Shown piece after piece: positions 11,328 to 22,733 of a DNA stretch of 64,000 bases; position 1 is the stretch's first letter; every line of letters begins with the position of its first letter. The translations under genes and the position numbers were made by a program. A model generated the notes under the pieces. That model made no database searches. It worked only from the letters and a program-made list of their open reading frames with translations, and had not been told where the DNA came from. Source of the stretch: Perkinsela sp. CCAP 1560/9 (taxonomy: Eukaryota; Protista; Euglenozoa: Kinetoplastea); assembly GCA_965644495.1 (NCBI GenBank), contig CBFFSA010000007.1, positions 124,001-188,000 of the forward strand. Reading direction: 5' to 3'.

Positions 11328-12420
11328 CATTAAAGAAAAGGAAGGTTGTAATTGATCGCTGAAGTGTTTGTTATGTAGTTCACAGTATTTTTGAAGTATG
11401 TAAAAAATAGTAGTTCATGTTGCTATATATCACGGTAGATTTGTACTAAGTATTTTATGTTTAATTTGCATGGGTAGAAAAAATACTTTTTTAACTTTGT
11501 TTTGTGTAATTTATTTCGTGGCTCACAAGTTGGACATAGACGTATTGCGTGAATTTATTCATTTGTTTTTTATACTGATGTCATCGCGAAAGAAGGAAAG
11601 GGAACGTCATGATTAAATTTTATAGTTATAAAGCGTACTTTATTTACTGTGTGCGCTGCTTTGCCGCATACACAGTTTCAGTGCACGCTGTTTTTATCAT
11701 CTTTTCGGACTATGTTTTTTCTCCTCTCTACGTATTGTTGTCGTGTACATGTTGTCTTGAATGTTTTTCTTGTTTCTTTATCTGCGCATCTTTAGTACTT
11801 TCTTGGTAAGACCTACATGTATCTTTCCACTCCTGCCTTCTTCACTCCTGCCTTCACGATGTCCTCCTTACGTGTTCAGTCGGGAAATAATTTTATCGGA
11901 GTTTGTTGAGTACGGAGAGCCGTCGATAGGGAATATTGGTTGTTGCGATCACAGAAGGAAAGACATGGCTCCAGGATCCCTGTATGGTTCGAGCCGAGCC
12001 CGGTTCAGACTTTCTTAGGTTCAGACTTTTGAAGGCCAGCGCATGCATGGCTTAAAACTTTAAATGTCATTTGTAATGATTCTCGCCATAGGTGTGCGAA
12101 ATGTTGCAGCAATGTTGGCCATTTAGGTGAAAGAGCTGCTGCAAGGCACACGAAGTACCTTTGGTTCATAAACGTGTCGAGGGGTTCATTTCTGAATTCG
12201 AGGATGGGGGTTGCCGTGCTTCAACGGGGTGAAGTCTTTGCGCAATGTGCGCGGGAATCCTAATGGGAATCCAGGGGGCCTAGTTGCACGAGAAGACTTG
12301 GAGAGGCGTCCCATAAGAATGCAAGTTGCAAATAAAAAAGGGACCGCAACTATTATAATCTATAACTTATACTATTATAGTCTATAACTCCATGTACTTA
12401 AACAAGAATTACGTTGTACA

Positions 12421-12453
12421 TACTTACAACGGTGTTCCGTGTTCCATGGAACC
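12421..12453. repeat. short dispersed repeat, inverted copy at 58477-58523
   Basis: tacttacaacggtgttccgtgttccatggaacc matches the reverse complement of ggttccatggaacacggaacac(..)ggaacaccgttgttagta. Confidence 0.75.
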
Positions 12454-12608
12454 AAAAACTATGGCTAAAAATACCGAGAAGTGCGCCCATTTTCTGTTTT
12501 TAAAGTTTTTCATTATTTCAAAAACAAATTTACTCTAATACAACTTATACACGTACATGTACTGTATGTCTACAGTACACTCCGACCTCCATTAAGTGTC
12601 CACGGAAA

Positions 12609-13133
12609 GGGGGGACTCGTTTATTGTTAACAATTTTTTCGAGCATTTTTTGCTAACAATAATCGAAATTTTACCCCCCAATGTTAACATTATACGAGTT
12701 GCAATGAAAGTTCGAATATTATTAACAATGAGGAGTATTTGGGCACTCTCTGGAGGTCGCTGAAGGTCACTGGCAATCGCCGGAGCTACTACAAACGACT
12801 CTCTAATGTCACCTTTTTAGGGAACTACGCAGTTTTCAATTGCTATACAGTTTCATCCAAAACTGAGTTATGCGAATCGAAGTGCGATGTCGGGTGAGGT
12901 ACCGTTTACTTGCCTTCTCAACGTTTTATCTCTGGAGGCTGCCATCGTCGGGCGACTGAAAGTCTGTTGTTTCAATAACATTATTTCGCATATCATTAAG
13001 CGCATCATTTTCCTTATCATGAACGCTATAAAGCATGACCATCGGGAACAAAAAAATTCAAAAGTCACACGAAAAAACCGAAATTAATTCATTGTTAACA
13101 ATAATCGAATGTTAATAATAAACGAGTCCCCCC
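12609..13133. mobile_element. MITE-like element, 525 bp, 24-bp TIR
   Basis: ggggggactcgtttattgttaaca ... tgttaataataaacgagtcccccc; internal repeats of (t)aacaat; TSD not clear (aaa left, tta right). Confidence 0.8.
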
Positions 13134-13312
13134 TTAAGTTTAATATTCATAAAAAGTAATAGAAAGGAGAGTAAACCCCTTGTACATTACTTATTAATTT
13201 ACATGAAGGTCTGCGGGTGAGGCCCAAATCATCAGTCGAGATCATCTTCGAGTCCCCTCACATAGTGCTTTTTCACATGTGCGTCAAGACCTTTTTTCCA
13301 TTCTATTCACGA

Positions 13313-13393
13313 TTCTCTTCAGGATGACACAGAGACTATTATTTTCGTAGACCTGTTTTGAAGAACACATGAAAATCCATGGTCTCGACTGAT
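13313..13393 (+). repeat. diverged partial copy of host repeat R
   Basis: gatgacacagagact..ttcgtagacc.gttttgaagaacacatgaaaatc..cgactgat matches 16946-17018 and 60887-60958. Confidence 0.8.
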
Positions 13394-13484
13394 TTTAAGT
13401 AGAATACATTAATAATCATTTAAATCAAAACAGTTTTTTTTGTAAATTTTTTGAACGCCTAAAAATTGTAGTCCTATACTGTTA

Positions 13485-14601
13485 GAGGGCTGAAACATCC
13501 CCACCCGCACCCACCCGCACCCACCCGCACCCAGTGCATCTTCAACGGCAAAGACTTAGCAAAATTTGGGAGATCCAGAAGGAACACGTTCGGGGTACTA
13601 CTCCCCGAGAGGGATGACCTTTTTTCAGTCAATGTGTACGAGTGCTTCACCATACGCGTTTTCTTTGCAGAATGCAGCCCAAAAGAAAGTGCGAGCTGTG
13701 CAGACTAAATGCCTTTCACAAAATGAACTTTATATCCTTACATTAACATAATTTAAGAAAATAATTTGGCGTTGTCCTTTTTTTTCGCGCGCTAGATCCT
13801 TCTTTCTCTGCTTTGACTTTATTTGCTTCAAAGCGCTCTCCTGAGCTCGCTTCTGACGCATCTCTGCCTGCGTCAATTTTGTGTACGTCTTACTTCCTTT
13901 GCGTCCGTGAGAAGGGCTTTTTCCAATTTTTGTGATACCACTGCGCTGTAAATCTTGTTTTACCTCTTCTCGGTACTCTCGTATAGCATCTTTATCTTTT
14001 TCGTCACCTTTCTGAAAATGACAAGAGCAAAAGTCTCGAGAAGCCCATTCTCTAACGACGGAATGCGTTGAATCCGAAGATTCTACGGAGTCGTCGTACA
14101 GTGTCACCTGGTGAACTTTCCAGTGCGTACACTCTGCATTCCAGAGCAACCCGAAAGTCTTTCGGGGGCAAATTGGGCACTGTTTCGTTCCTTCTGAGTC
14201 ATCTTCAGATACTCCAAACCTCTCCTCTCTTCTCAAAGGAATGTGGAGCACCTTCTTTAAGGTGTGTTGCACCCAATTTCGTAATCGATCAAAAATTTCC
14301 GAGTCTGCATGTCCGTAGGAACACGCCTCTACCTCACTATCCTTGGAGGGCAAATCGTCTATACGGAATACGTTTGAAAAAAGCATCGTAGTAAAACGGT
14401 ATTCGAGAAAAGATAAAAGAGATAAAATATGAAATATTTTATTATTTGCGTCCCTATAAAAAAATTTATGAGATATTATAAGTTTGCCAATATCTAGGTA
14501 TTGAGAAAAAATAAAAGAGGAAAAATATATAGAAAATTCACCCCTCCCCTAACTCAGCCGCACCCGGGCGCACCCAGACGCACCCACCTGTTTCAACGCT
14601 C
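13485..14601. mobile_element. TIR element with 3-bp TTA TSD (PIF/Harbinger- or Zator-like), CGCACCC subterminal repeats
   Basis: TTA|gagggctgaaaca ... tgtttcaacgctc|TTA; (c)cacccg arrays at 13501-13532 and 14558-14586. Confidence 0.75.
13730..14386 (-). CDS. 218-aa ORF inside the TTA element; Cys motifs and basic C-terminal tail
   Basis: ATG start, uninterrupted, CPIC..C.H..CSCH, Lys/Arg-rich end; the only credible intact minus-strand ORF. Confidence 0.5.
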   Translation of the reverse strand: MLFSNVFRIDDLPSKDSEVEACSYGHADSEIFDRLRNWVQHTLKKVLHIPLRREERFGVSEDDSEGTKQCPICPRKTFGLLWNAECTHWKVHQVTLYDDSVESSDSTHSVVREWASRDFCSCHFQKGDEKDKDAIREYREEVKQDLQRSGITKIGKSPSHGRKGSKTYTKLTQAEMRQKRAQESALKQIKSKQRKKDLAREKKGQRQIIFLNYVNVRI

Positions 14602-14995
14602 TTACACCCCGCTGATTTATCGTCAAATCTGGATTTTTGACTTTTTGGAAAATGAATAAGTCAAGGGGGTTGGAATCGTTCCCCTCCTTGACATATCCTC
14701 CTGGTTAAATTGTATAAAAGAAATTAACTTACTGATGGTATGGGTTCCTATTTCTTCGAAATGTACTGCATGAGTAAAATGTTTTCCTCCGTTCCAGTCA
14801 GAGTAGCAGAATTATTGATAATTTTTTCTGACTTTTTTCCAACTTTTTCAGTACGCATCACGGTTCGTAGTTTCAGTCATCTTATTTTCAATCTTATATT
14901 CATCTTATTTTCAATCTTTTCACATGCCGAAAAGCGTTGATCAATTATTCGAGTAATAGTTTGTGCATAACCCTGCAAATTCTATTTATTGGTTA

Positions 14996-15670
14996 ACCGC
15001 ATCGAAACCGCACCGAAACCGCGGTTTGCAAATCAAGAAGAGGCCCCTTTTAGGACTAGAAGTACAAGGGAATTTTTGATTTATAGGGAAGAAAGTTTGG
15101 CGACGGGCATTGTACGTTCATATTTATTAACTAGTTTCTATATTTGCGCAGAACATCATAGACTTAACTACTTTATATTAAGTACCTATATAATAGAGTG
15201 AACTGTGGGGTTGCTGATCCAATGCATTCTCGTCGAGAATGGCTTACAGAGCACATAGATCAGGATATACTCCAAAACCGCCACTCAAAAATGCAAAGTA
15301 GATTATCTCATTATTCTTTGTAACAGTATTCTTTGTAACAGTATTCTTTGTAACAGTATTCTTTGTAACAGTATTCTTTGTAACAGTATTCTTTGTAACA
15401 GTATTCTTTGTAACAGTATTCTTTGTAACAGTATTCTTTGTAACAGTATCATCTTTTGTGCTCAGTAGAAACATTTTTGCAGAAAAAAACAGTCTAAATA
15501 TGCATGAAACTTTGGATCCATGTTCTACATCCGCTGTTGTCGTCCCCACCACTTCTACGCTTGTCATCCTTCACCCCTTGGATCTTCACCTTGTCAGGTA
15601 CTCTTAAACCGCACCGAAACCGTACCGAAACCGTACTGAAACCGCACCGAAACACCACCCGCAGCCCCTA
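14996..15670. mobile_element. degenerate TIR-element end with GAAACCG(C/T)ACC subterminal repeats (hAT- or Harbinger-like)
   Basis: gaaaccgcacc arrays at 15004-15025 and 15606-15655, ending cgcagccccta(a); no matching left terminus found. Confidence 0.45.
15313..15447. repeat. perfect 15-bp minisatellite (attctttgtaacagt)x9
   Basis: Read directly; no spacers. Confidence 0.97.
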
Positions 15671-15672
15671 AT

Positions 15673-17147
15673 ATATTTATGTTGCGCATAGAAAACAAAA
15701 AGAATCTCTTCTCACAGGTTTGCTGTACGCTCCTTGAGGCTCCTCTTAATAATTTGCCTTCTTATAATACTGTACCCCCGCTACTTAATTGTCACCCCTC
15801 TACCCCCCCCCCCCCCCCTATTTAATTGTCCTTTTTGACAGAGCCTTGGGCACAAGGCGCCGCGAAGCGGCGCCATTTTTTTTATATTTTCATTTTTTCA
15901 TTTTCTAGTGTAATGTGATACGAGCACCTACCTATGAGCACCTACCTACGAGCACCTTATTACATCTTGTTACACAATATTTGGCTCATTTTTTTCAAAA
16001 AAATCCAAAAATCCAAATCATTCCGGATTACTCCGGACGGTCGCTGGCAAGCCAGACCCTTCACAGACAGATTTGGAAGTTCCGAGGCCGACGTCCTCTA
16101 CCAGTTTCCGCTTGTACAAAAAAACAGCACCAAAGTGCTGTTACCAAAACGTTGCGTCGACAAATTGTACGTCAACACGGCTCACCCAAGAGGTGTGATC
16201 CGGGGTAGGGAGCTGGTTCCCTGAGGGGAGGGTCCGGGACGGTCCTCCAAGTACTGGGCTTAGTCGGTTCTAAGCCCATCCTCTTAGAGTGATTCCGCCG
16301 GGAATTAAGCGATGAGCGGGTTTGAACTCGCCGTCTGAGCACCATGTGCTTCAAACTTTGAGTTCTTGCCGCTCCGCCACCTCCGCTTTCCCATTTTTGC
16401 ACTGATCCCAATCCCTTTCATCTCTTCCCCTACCGGAAAATGGTAACCCTTCAGTTGACTTCCATTCATCTTTCTCTCTTCCGGAAAACGTTAATGCTCC
16501 CGGTGATTACCCTTCATCTCTCCCCTTTCCTGGGAATGGCAACCTTCCCTCAGAGGCCTATTCATCGGACACGGGAACTACCTCAAATGAACAACGGGTT
16601 ACTGGTCCTCTGGGGCGTTGGGTGAGAATACGGCCTCCTGTCCCTCGGGTAGGGCCTCTAGAAAATCCTCTAGTGGTGCCCATCGTGAATTTTTTAGTGT
16701 CTCCGTTGGACCTACGCTTACATAAGAACGATAATAGCGGTTGGTAGAATAGAGTACAACATGCGGCGCGAAGCAGCGCAAAATTTCTTTCCCCTACTTT
16801 CTTCAAATTTTGCACCCCCCTATTTAATTGTCCTTTTTCCCGAAAAGCGGTGACAATTAAGTAGGGGGGGGGTACAGTAATAGAAACTACTACTAATTTC
16901 TATTACAAAAATTATTACGGCTGCTATGGTTCCACTTTCTTTCCTGATGACGCACAGACTAGATTATATTCGTAGACCTTTTTTGAAGAACACATGAAAA
17001 TCTGGTGTCCCGACTGATAGATTTGATATCTTTTTGTGTTGGCAAAATTGCATTAGCAAATAAAAATGTCAGCACATTCATTACCGTTACCCCCCTTAGA
17101 TATCCTAGGACGCTACTTATACTCTTTTGTGATGAAACCTCTGGGTC
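15673..17147 (+). repeat. host repeat R copy 1 (~370 bp), interrupted by the MITE at 15770-16877
   Basis: 15673-15769 plus 16878-17147 align with 59924-60006 plus 60797-61087. Confidence 0.9.
15770..16877. mobile_element. non-autonomous Tc1/mariner-type element, TA TSD, CTGTACCCC termini
   Basis: TA|ctgtacccccgctacttaattgtcacc ... ggtgacaattaagtagggggggggtacag|TA; empty site at ~60811-60825 has a single TA. Confidence 0.92.
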
Positions 17148-17302
17148 TCAGCTTTTCGTTACAACTTACAAGTAGAGTGTAAATACAAGTAGGGGAATAT
17201 CCACGTAACCATGTACTCTACGCGAAATTATTATTATTTATTGCAATGTACTATTTTTGTTTTTGGTTCGAAGCGGAACTATATTTTACTGTAAGTAGTA
17301 AC

Positions 17303-17782
17303 ATGACTTCAGAGTTCCAACACACTGATTCAAATCGCGACGATATTTTAATTTTTCATGAAGCCTTGAAGGCTCAAGAACAAGACGATATTGAAGTGGA
17401 CTTTGCATTACACGAAAAGGTGAATATTGAAGTGATTTCAAATACAGAGGGAAACCCACCAAACGGTAGTGAGCAAGGGAAAACTGCTGCGAGTGTTCTA
17501 CGAAGGACGCCGACAACAATTATTCACTTTAATCATGAGGATCACACATTAGGAAATATACTTCGTCATGCTCTTCACAGCCGTGTAGATGTCAATATTG
17601 CGGGCTATGTTATTCCACATCCTTTACAGCCGATGATGAAACTCCAGGTTCAAAGCGAAAAATATGGCCCTCAATTAGTCGCTGATGAGTTGGAAAAAAT
17701 TGCTTCTCTGTGCGAAGATTCTTGTAACGAATTTGAACTTGCGCTCAAAATATTTAGTTTAGGGATCAGCGAACAAGCCTAA
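17303..17782 (+). CDS. RNA polymerase small subunit, AC19/RPB11 family (probably Pol I/III AC19)
   Basis: HEDHTLGNILRHAL...AGYVIPHPLQP; likely start MTSEFQ (upstream ATG at 17246). Confidence 0.85.
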   Translation: MTSEFQHTDSNRDDILIFHEALKAQEQDDIEVDFALHEKVNIEVISNTEGNPPNGSEQGKTAASVLRRTPTTIIHFNHEDHTLGNILRHALHSRVDVNIAGYVIPHPLQPMMKLQVQSEKYGPQLVADELEKIASLCEDSCNEFELALKIFSLGISEQA

Positions 17783-18036
17783 TTCTAAGAACATGTAATG
17801 CTCTAAATTGTCTATACATCTGTATTTTCAATTATTTATTTACATATAAATGGAGCTGACGTGGTTTAAGTATTCCGAAAAGCTTGGAAATGCTGACTTC
17901 GACTATACGTAACTCTGCGAGAGCACTTCATTTTGACTCCCTACCATGTTTTTATGCCCACCCATGTATGTTTAAGGCCTCAAGCTAAGAAAGATTGAGT
18001 ATTGTTAGACTTTAAATTTGCATTACTATCAAACTT

Positions 18037-21000
18037 ATGTCAAGCTGTCCAGAGAAAATTGATGCGTTTGATGCGAATTCTACAGGTTCATCACTTGAGG
18101 TAGATGATGATACACAAGGGGACGTTTCTCTATTAGACTCAATCGCACCTATATCCCCCAAAAATTCGAAAGCAGACAGTATTAAGAATCCTACAACTGC
18201 TCTTAAAACAGCAGAAACTTGGACTCATCCCGCACTGAAAAAATTGGACGCCTCGCGTGTTTCTGCCAGTCCGAGAAATCCCGTCCCTCGTCACCCTGAG
18301 GTGATCAAAGATGAACAACACCAAATGAGCAACAAAGGTATTTTTATAAAAACTAGTGGTGAAATGCATCAAAATGACGAAGCAAAGCGTGGCACAACAT
18401 CAAAAAAGATTGACACTACCTCCGTTACACAGGTATCTCCGAAGGATGTACATATTTCAAAGGAAGAAACGGTCACATTGTTAGAGCAAGACGCTTTGGA
18501 AGAAATAATATTTGAAAAGTTGCAGACCAAGAGTCGAATCAACGAATATGAAGAGTCGTTACGTGAAAAAAAGAATGCATGTCAGGCAAATCTTTCGGAG
18601 GCTAAGCACGTTGCACAGTCGCTTCTTGCTGGAAAACGAGCTTTGGAAAAAAAGATAGCAATAAAACAAGTGGAAATAGATGGCTTCAGTACAGAGATGG
18701 GTCGATTAAGAAAGTCTTTTGAAGACCTTTCGACACAGTGTGAACACCTTCGTAACCTTGATTTTGAGGAGCTCCAGTGCTGGAAGCTCGTTGACAAAGC
18801 TAAAGGCGCACCTTGTCCGGCTTTTACAAGTGAAGCAGCGGAACATTCGACTTCTGAGGAATCATATTTGTACCCTATTCTCGGTGAATATGGTGTTATG
18901 TGTGACCCATATGAGGTCAAGAGTTCTTGCGTGTTCCAAGTTCTTCGGAACAATAACTTAAAAGAAGAAAAGGAATGTTTAATGCAGAAGAATGCCGAGA
19001 TATATAAACGTTTTGTCAAACTCTTTGCACCTAATCGCCATTTGTTCGGTTCTAAAGTAGGGTGGCGTCGACCAGCGAGAGATGAGAACTGTGTGGCAGA
19101 AAGAATTGAGGGTTTGTGTTCTCGCATTGGTTGCAAGTACCTGCATTTGGATGAAAATCCGGGTGATTGCGCTCTACTGGAGCTTCTCCGAGCGGCCCTT
19201 CATGCATTACGCACAAGATGCATAGGTTCCACTTTCTTTGCAGAAATTAATAAAGTTCTCGAGCTTACAAAAAAGCCATCGGAGGTTCTGTCATCAGTCC
19301 AGCAATTATTATGCTTCATACGGGAAAATAACATGGCCCACTTCCTTCTACTTGAAAATGAAGAAACTGTACAAGACAGTAATTCTACTGCACAGAAGGA
19401 GATGAACTACGTACATCAGCCGGAACAATGGTTTTCGGCACTCCGAAAAGAGCTGGAGCACAGCGTGGCTCCATCCGAAGCTGTGCAGTGGTTGTCCCGT
19501 GTACCGAACCTGGAAAAGTTGCACTTAATATTGGAAGATCAAACTGCGAAATTTCCGAAGAGCTGCCTGAATGATTTTCTACAGGCCCATTTGCAATGTA
19601 AATTGCGATACACTACTTGTTCCTGGCAATCTGAGCAATACATTATTGGGATGGATACGCTAGCGAAGGCGACAAGAAAGAAACCCCTGGAGCAAATGTT
19701 TTATTGTACTGAAGAAGTTAAACAAGAGTTATCCTTAACTCTATGTACAATGCTAGATTCGGCACAGTGGAACACGAACCCGCTTCTGTACATGGAGTGT
19801 CTTGCTGTTCTACTGGACAAAAGTTCTAATAAGCAAAAGTGCAATAAGAGATCGCTGATTAAATCGATGATTGCCATATGTCGCACAGCGACAGACAACC
19901 TAAAACGAGCAGAGTGCTTGTGTTTACAAGATATTTTTCTGAAGAAGGGGAACTCAGAAGGTTCTGCAGAAAAAGCTTTTCATGAAAACCGAAAGGATAC
20001 GACATTGGCATACTTTATTGCATTCTCTGTTGCACTGAATCTTTACTCGGATGAAGGATTAACTGAAGCGTTGGGCACTTTGCATCGCATTACATATTTT
20101 CCAGGTCAGTTTTATCCACTAAGCTTTGTCGAGCAGTTTAATATGTCAATCCTGCTAATAGCCGTCCTTTCTGGGTCTCTTTCCGGTGACGTATCAACTC
20201 TGAGTTGGGTATCAAAGGGATTCTTAAGCATTCATTTTTCCAGCAAAAAAATTAAAGAGTTACCGGCGCATTTATCCTTCGCTGTAAGAGGAGTGATCCA
20301 GCAAACCAAACAGTATCTACAAGCCGTAAAATCTAATGGATCGAATCGATTACATGCTCAGGCGCTTTGTATCTTGAACGGACTATCTATGGACTGGGAA
20401 TTGTCAAGTATGAAGTGTAGTGTCCGTGATATTTTGCACCATCACAGCCCTGAAGTGAATTTTTCGGACCTCGGACATGTGTTACGACTGTTTAAGCATG
20501 ACCATTTTTCAGAGCGGCAGATGTCGGATGTGATAAATATGTTGGACTTACACCCAGCTAAAGGAAACCCGGAGTTGTATTTTTTGATACGCACACTGCT
20601 TTCTCAGGGCCATAATTCATACGCCGCGTTGCTTGCTTCTGAGTTTACGACGAGATTTACGAAATCTTTCCGAACCAGCTCTGGGTGTCTTACCGTAGAC
20701 CACGCACGCGAATGGCTCAAGGGACGTAAGAGCGAAACGGCGAGTCACGACGTTTTGGGAATTACACTTCTTGCAGTCAACGAATGCTTACAGGGAAAGA
20801 AGGAAAGGGGTTCATCTCTATTGGACTTGTTGTTATCGAGACACGATTTATTTCGAGACTCTTCTTTGTTGGTATTTGTTCTTATGGAACGAATCAGCTG
20901 TACATTGGCGCTCAAAGACTCTGAGAATGACTTTTCCAGCGTAATAGAAAAAATTGTTGATTTTCCGCCATCATACCATTCAAAGGGCTACGATCGAAGT

Positions 21001-21261
21001 GGGTACGAAAATGAAGAGTTCGCCCTTGTTTTGGGTCCTACACGACCCTTATCTGCTATGCAATTCATCTTGCACATAATCCTTTCTTGGGTACAGCTAT
21101 CGAGTAAAAATGAAGAATCCAGACTGCGAAGAAAGTATTGGCATACGCTAGAAAAGAAATTGTATCGGTTACATCCGTCCACTTGGCATGCGGAAAAGAA
21201 AATGAACGCCGTGATGAACTTACATATGATACCGATGCCGACCATGAAGCACAGTAAGTGA
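18037..21261 (+). CDS. 1074-aa protein: disordered N-terminus, coiled coil, one CCCH-like finger, helical C-terminal region
   Basis: Long ORF; C-x8-C-x4-C-x3-H (CVAERIEGLCSRIGCKYLH). Confidence 0.7.
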   Translation: MSSCPEKIDAFDANSTGSSLEVDDDTQGDVSLLDSIAPISPKNSKADSIKNPTTALKTAETWTHPALKKLDASRVSASPRNPVPRHPEVIKDEQHQMSNKGIFIKTSGEMHQNDEAKRGTTSKKIDTTSVTQVSPKDVHISKEETVTLLEQDALEEIIFEKLQTKSRINEYEESLREKKNACQANLSEAKHVAQSLLAGKRALEKKIAIKQVEIDGFSTEMGRLRKSFEDLSTQCEHLRNLDFEELQCWKLVDKAKGAPCPAFTSEAAEHSTSEESYLYPILGEYGVMCDPYEVKSSCVFQVLRNNNLKEEKECLMQKNAEIYKRFVKLFAPNRHLFGSKVGWRRPARDENCVAERIEGLCSRIGCKYLHLDENPGDCALLELLRAALHALRTRCIGSTFFAEINKVLELTKKPSEVLSSVQQLLCFIRENNMAHFLLLENEETVQDSNSTAQKEMNYVHQPEQWFSALRKELEHSVAPSEAVQWLSRVPNLEKLHLILEDQTAKFPKSCLNDFLQAHLQCKLRYTTCSWQSEQYIIGMDTLAKATRKKPLEQMFYCTEEVKQELSLTLCTMLDSAQWNTNPLLYMECLAVLLDKSSNKQKCNKRSLIKSMIAICRTATDNLKRAECLCLQDIFLKKGNSEGSAEKAFHENRKDTTLAYFIAFSVALNLYSDEGLTEALGTLHRITYFPGQFYPLSFVEQFNMSILLIAVLSGSLSGDVSTLSWVSKGFLSIHFSSKKIKELPAHLSFAVRGVIQQTKQYLQAVKSNGSNRLHAQALCILNGLSMDWELSSMKCSVRDILHHHSPEVNFSDLGHVLRLFKHDHFSERQMSDVINMLDLHPAKGNPELYFLIRTLLSQGHNSYAALLASEFTTRFTKSFRTSSGCLTVDHAREWLKGRKSETASHDVLGITLLAVNECLQGKKERGSSLLDLLLSRHDLFRDSSLLVFVLMERISCTLALKDSENDFSSVIEKIVDFPPSYHSKGYDRSGYENEEFALVLGPTRPLSAMQFILHIILSWVQLSSKNEESRLRRKYWHTLEKKLYRLHPSTWHAEKKMNAVMNLHMIPMPTMKHSK

Positions 21262-21792
21262 AAGATGTTTCTTTCGAGAATGTTGAATAATTGTGTCGAT
21301 GATATTTAACTACGGGTGCATTGGAAAAGGTACGCATCTTTCAAGTTCTTCAGTATCTTCAAATATTACCGAAAATGGTATTCTGTAGCGTTTCAAACAC
21401 GCGTGTATTATTATGACTTTAGATTTATGCAAAGCTTCCTATAATTCAGCCGTTCTTCTACGTATACATGAACATGCGTCAATGAAAATGTGTTATTTTC
21501 CACCTAGTACACAATCATACAAACGAAATGAAGTTTTCGTTAGCGGCGAATACAATGTGACGAAAATAGATGTGTTACATCTGTATGTAGCATGCAGACA
21601 TCTACATGACTTGATCTGCATCCGTATAATCTCTTTTCGTGTACATGTATGTCTAACAAACATAGCACAAATGTTCATACCCCTGGTTAATAGAATATTA
21701 TTATTTTTCAAAGATCTGTTATTACTTAAAGTAATTTACTGTTACTACGCTAGTACTTTACAAATTAAAAACCAATTGTACTACACATTGTA

Positions 21793-22626
21793 ATGTCTGC
21801 ATGCGAAAGTAGTGGAGAGATGGGTTCACGATCATCAGAGGATGTGAAGGATCTAATTCATCAATGGCGACAAGAAACGACGGAAGTCGTTGAATTGGAA
21901 GATGAATTAGGAAATGTTGAATTAGAAATTCAAAAACTTCTCTTAGAAAAGGAGATGCTCGAAAAAGAAGTCGAAGCGCTTTGCCAGAATGAGAACGATG
22001 GGGGTTCTGATTGGGAACATCTGGAAGCCTTGCGTGAAGAACTTTTGGAATTGAACATGAACGCAGAAAGCGATCAAAAACATTCCCAAGAACTTGAAAA
22101 ATGGTGCAAGAACCGAAGTTCACGAAATAAGTTACACCTTGACTCCCTGCGAACCCGAGTTACCGCAGTGAGAGAAAGAGAGACCCAGATAGAAGGACTC
22201 TTGAAACTGACTGAAGATGTAGAGCATCAACAATTGGAAAATGAGCGATTAGAGAACGAAACACAAAAGGAAAAGGATGAACAGAAGGAGGCGTCCGCTT
22301 CACTAAGCATCGCACAGCATGCTAAACAAGGATTGCAGAAATGTAAGTCTCTGGCCGGTGATATCCGTGACATAGAGAAACTGCGATTGGAAGCCAAGGA
22401 AGATAAAGATATACTTTCTGACTTTCTTACTGCCAATCAACACCTGCATGAACGAGCCCAAGAGATATTGCGCAGATCATTACAAGCGAAAGATCTTGCT
22501 CAACCTATTTTACGGGATCGGACACAGAAACTGAGCTCAATACTCCGGGCCCTTGTAAGTCGCAGCTCGGCCGCGTCACTAGCAGGTATTGAAAAAGCCG
22601 TACGTAGCACGCACGACGTTTTATAG
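21793..22626 (+). CDS. coiled-coil protein, unknown
   Basis: 277 aa, E/L/K heptad-rich. Confidence 0.75.
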   Translation: MSACESSGEMGSRSSEDVKDLIHQWRQETTEVVELEDELGNVELEIQKLLLEKEMLEKEVEALCQNENDGGSDWEHLEALREELLELNMNAESDQKHSQELEKWCKNRSSRNKLHLDSLRTRVTAVRERETQIEGLLKLTEDVEHQQLENERLENETQKEKDEQKEASASLSIAQHAKQGLQKCKSLAGDIRDIEKLRLEAKEDKDILSDFLTANQHLHERAQEILRRSLQAKDLAQPILRDRTQKLSSILRALVSRSSAASLAGIEKAVRSTHDVL

Positions 22627-22733
22627 AAAATTTCAAACGCTGTGCCCGTTCTTTCACTAACATGCCGTACACTGAATGTGCGGGATGTAGTTTTTGCACT
22701 ATAATTCTGGTTTTAATATACTAGACGTACATA

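Noticed and set aside
11960-12010. tRNA (GGTTCGA T-loop-like)
   Set aside because: No cloverleaf or A-box; better explained as a decayed transposon end.
15313-15447. CRISPR-like array, or the TVTKN-repeat ORF (15244-15567, minus)
   Set aside because: Head-to-tail 15-mers with no spacers and no cas genes; the ORF is a by-product of a stop-free minisatellite.
16935-17030. Hammerhead ribozyme in repeat R (CTGATGA..GAAA)
   Set aside because: Stems I and II cannot be formed convincingly, and the third copy lacks CTGATGA.
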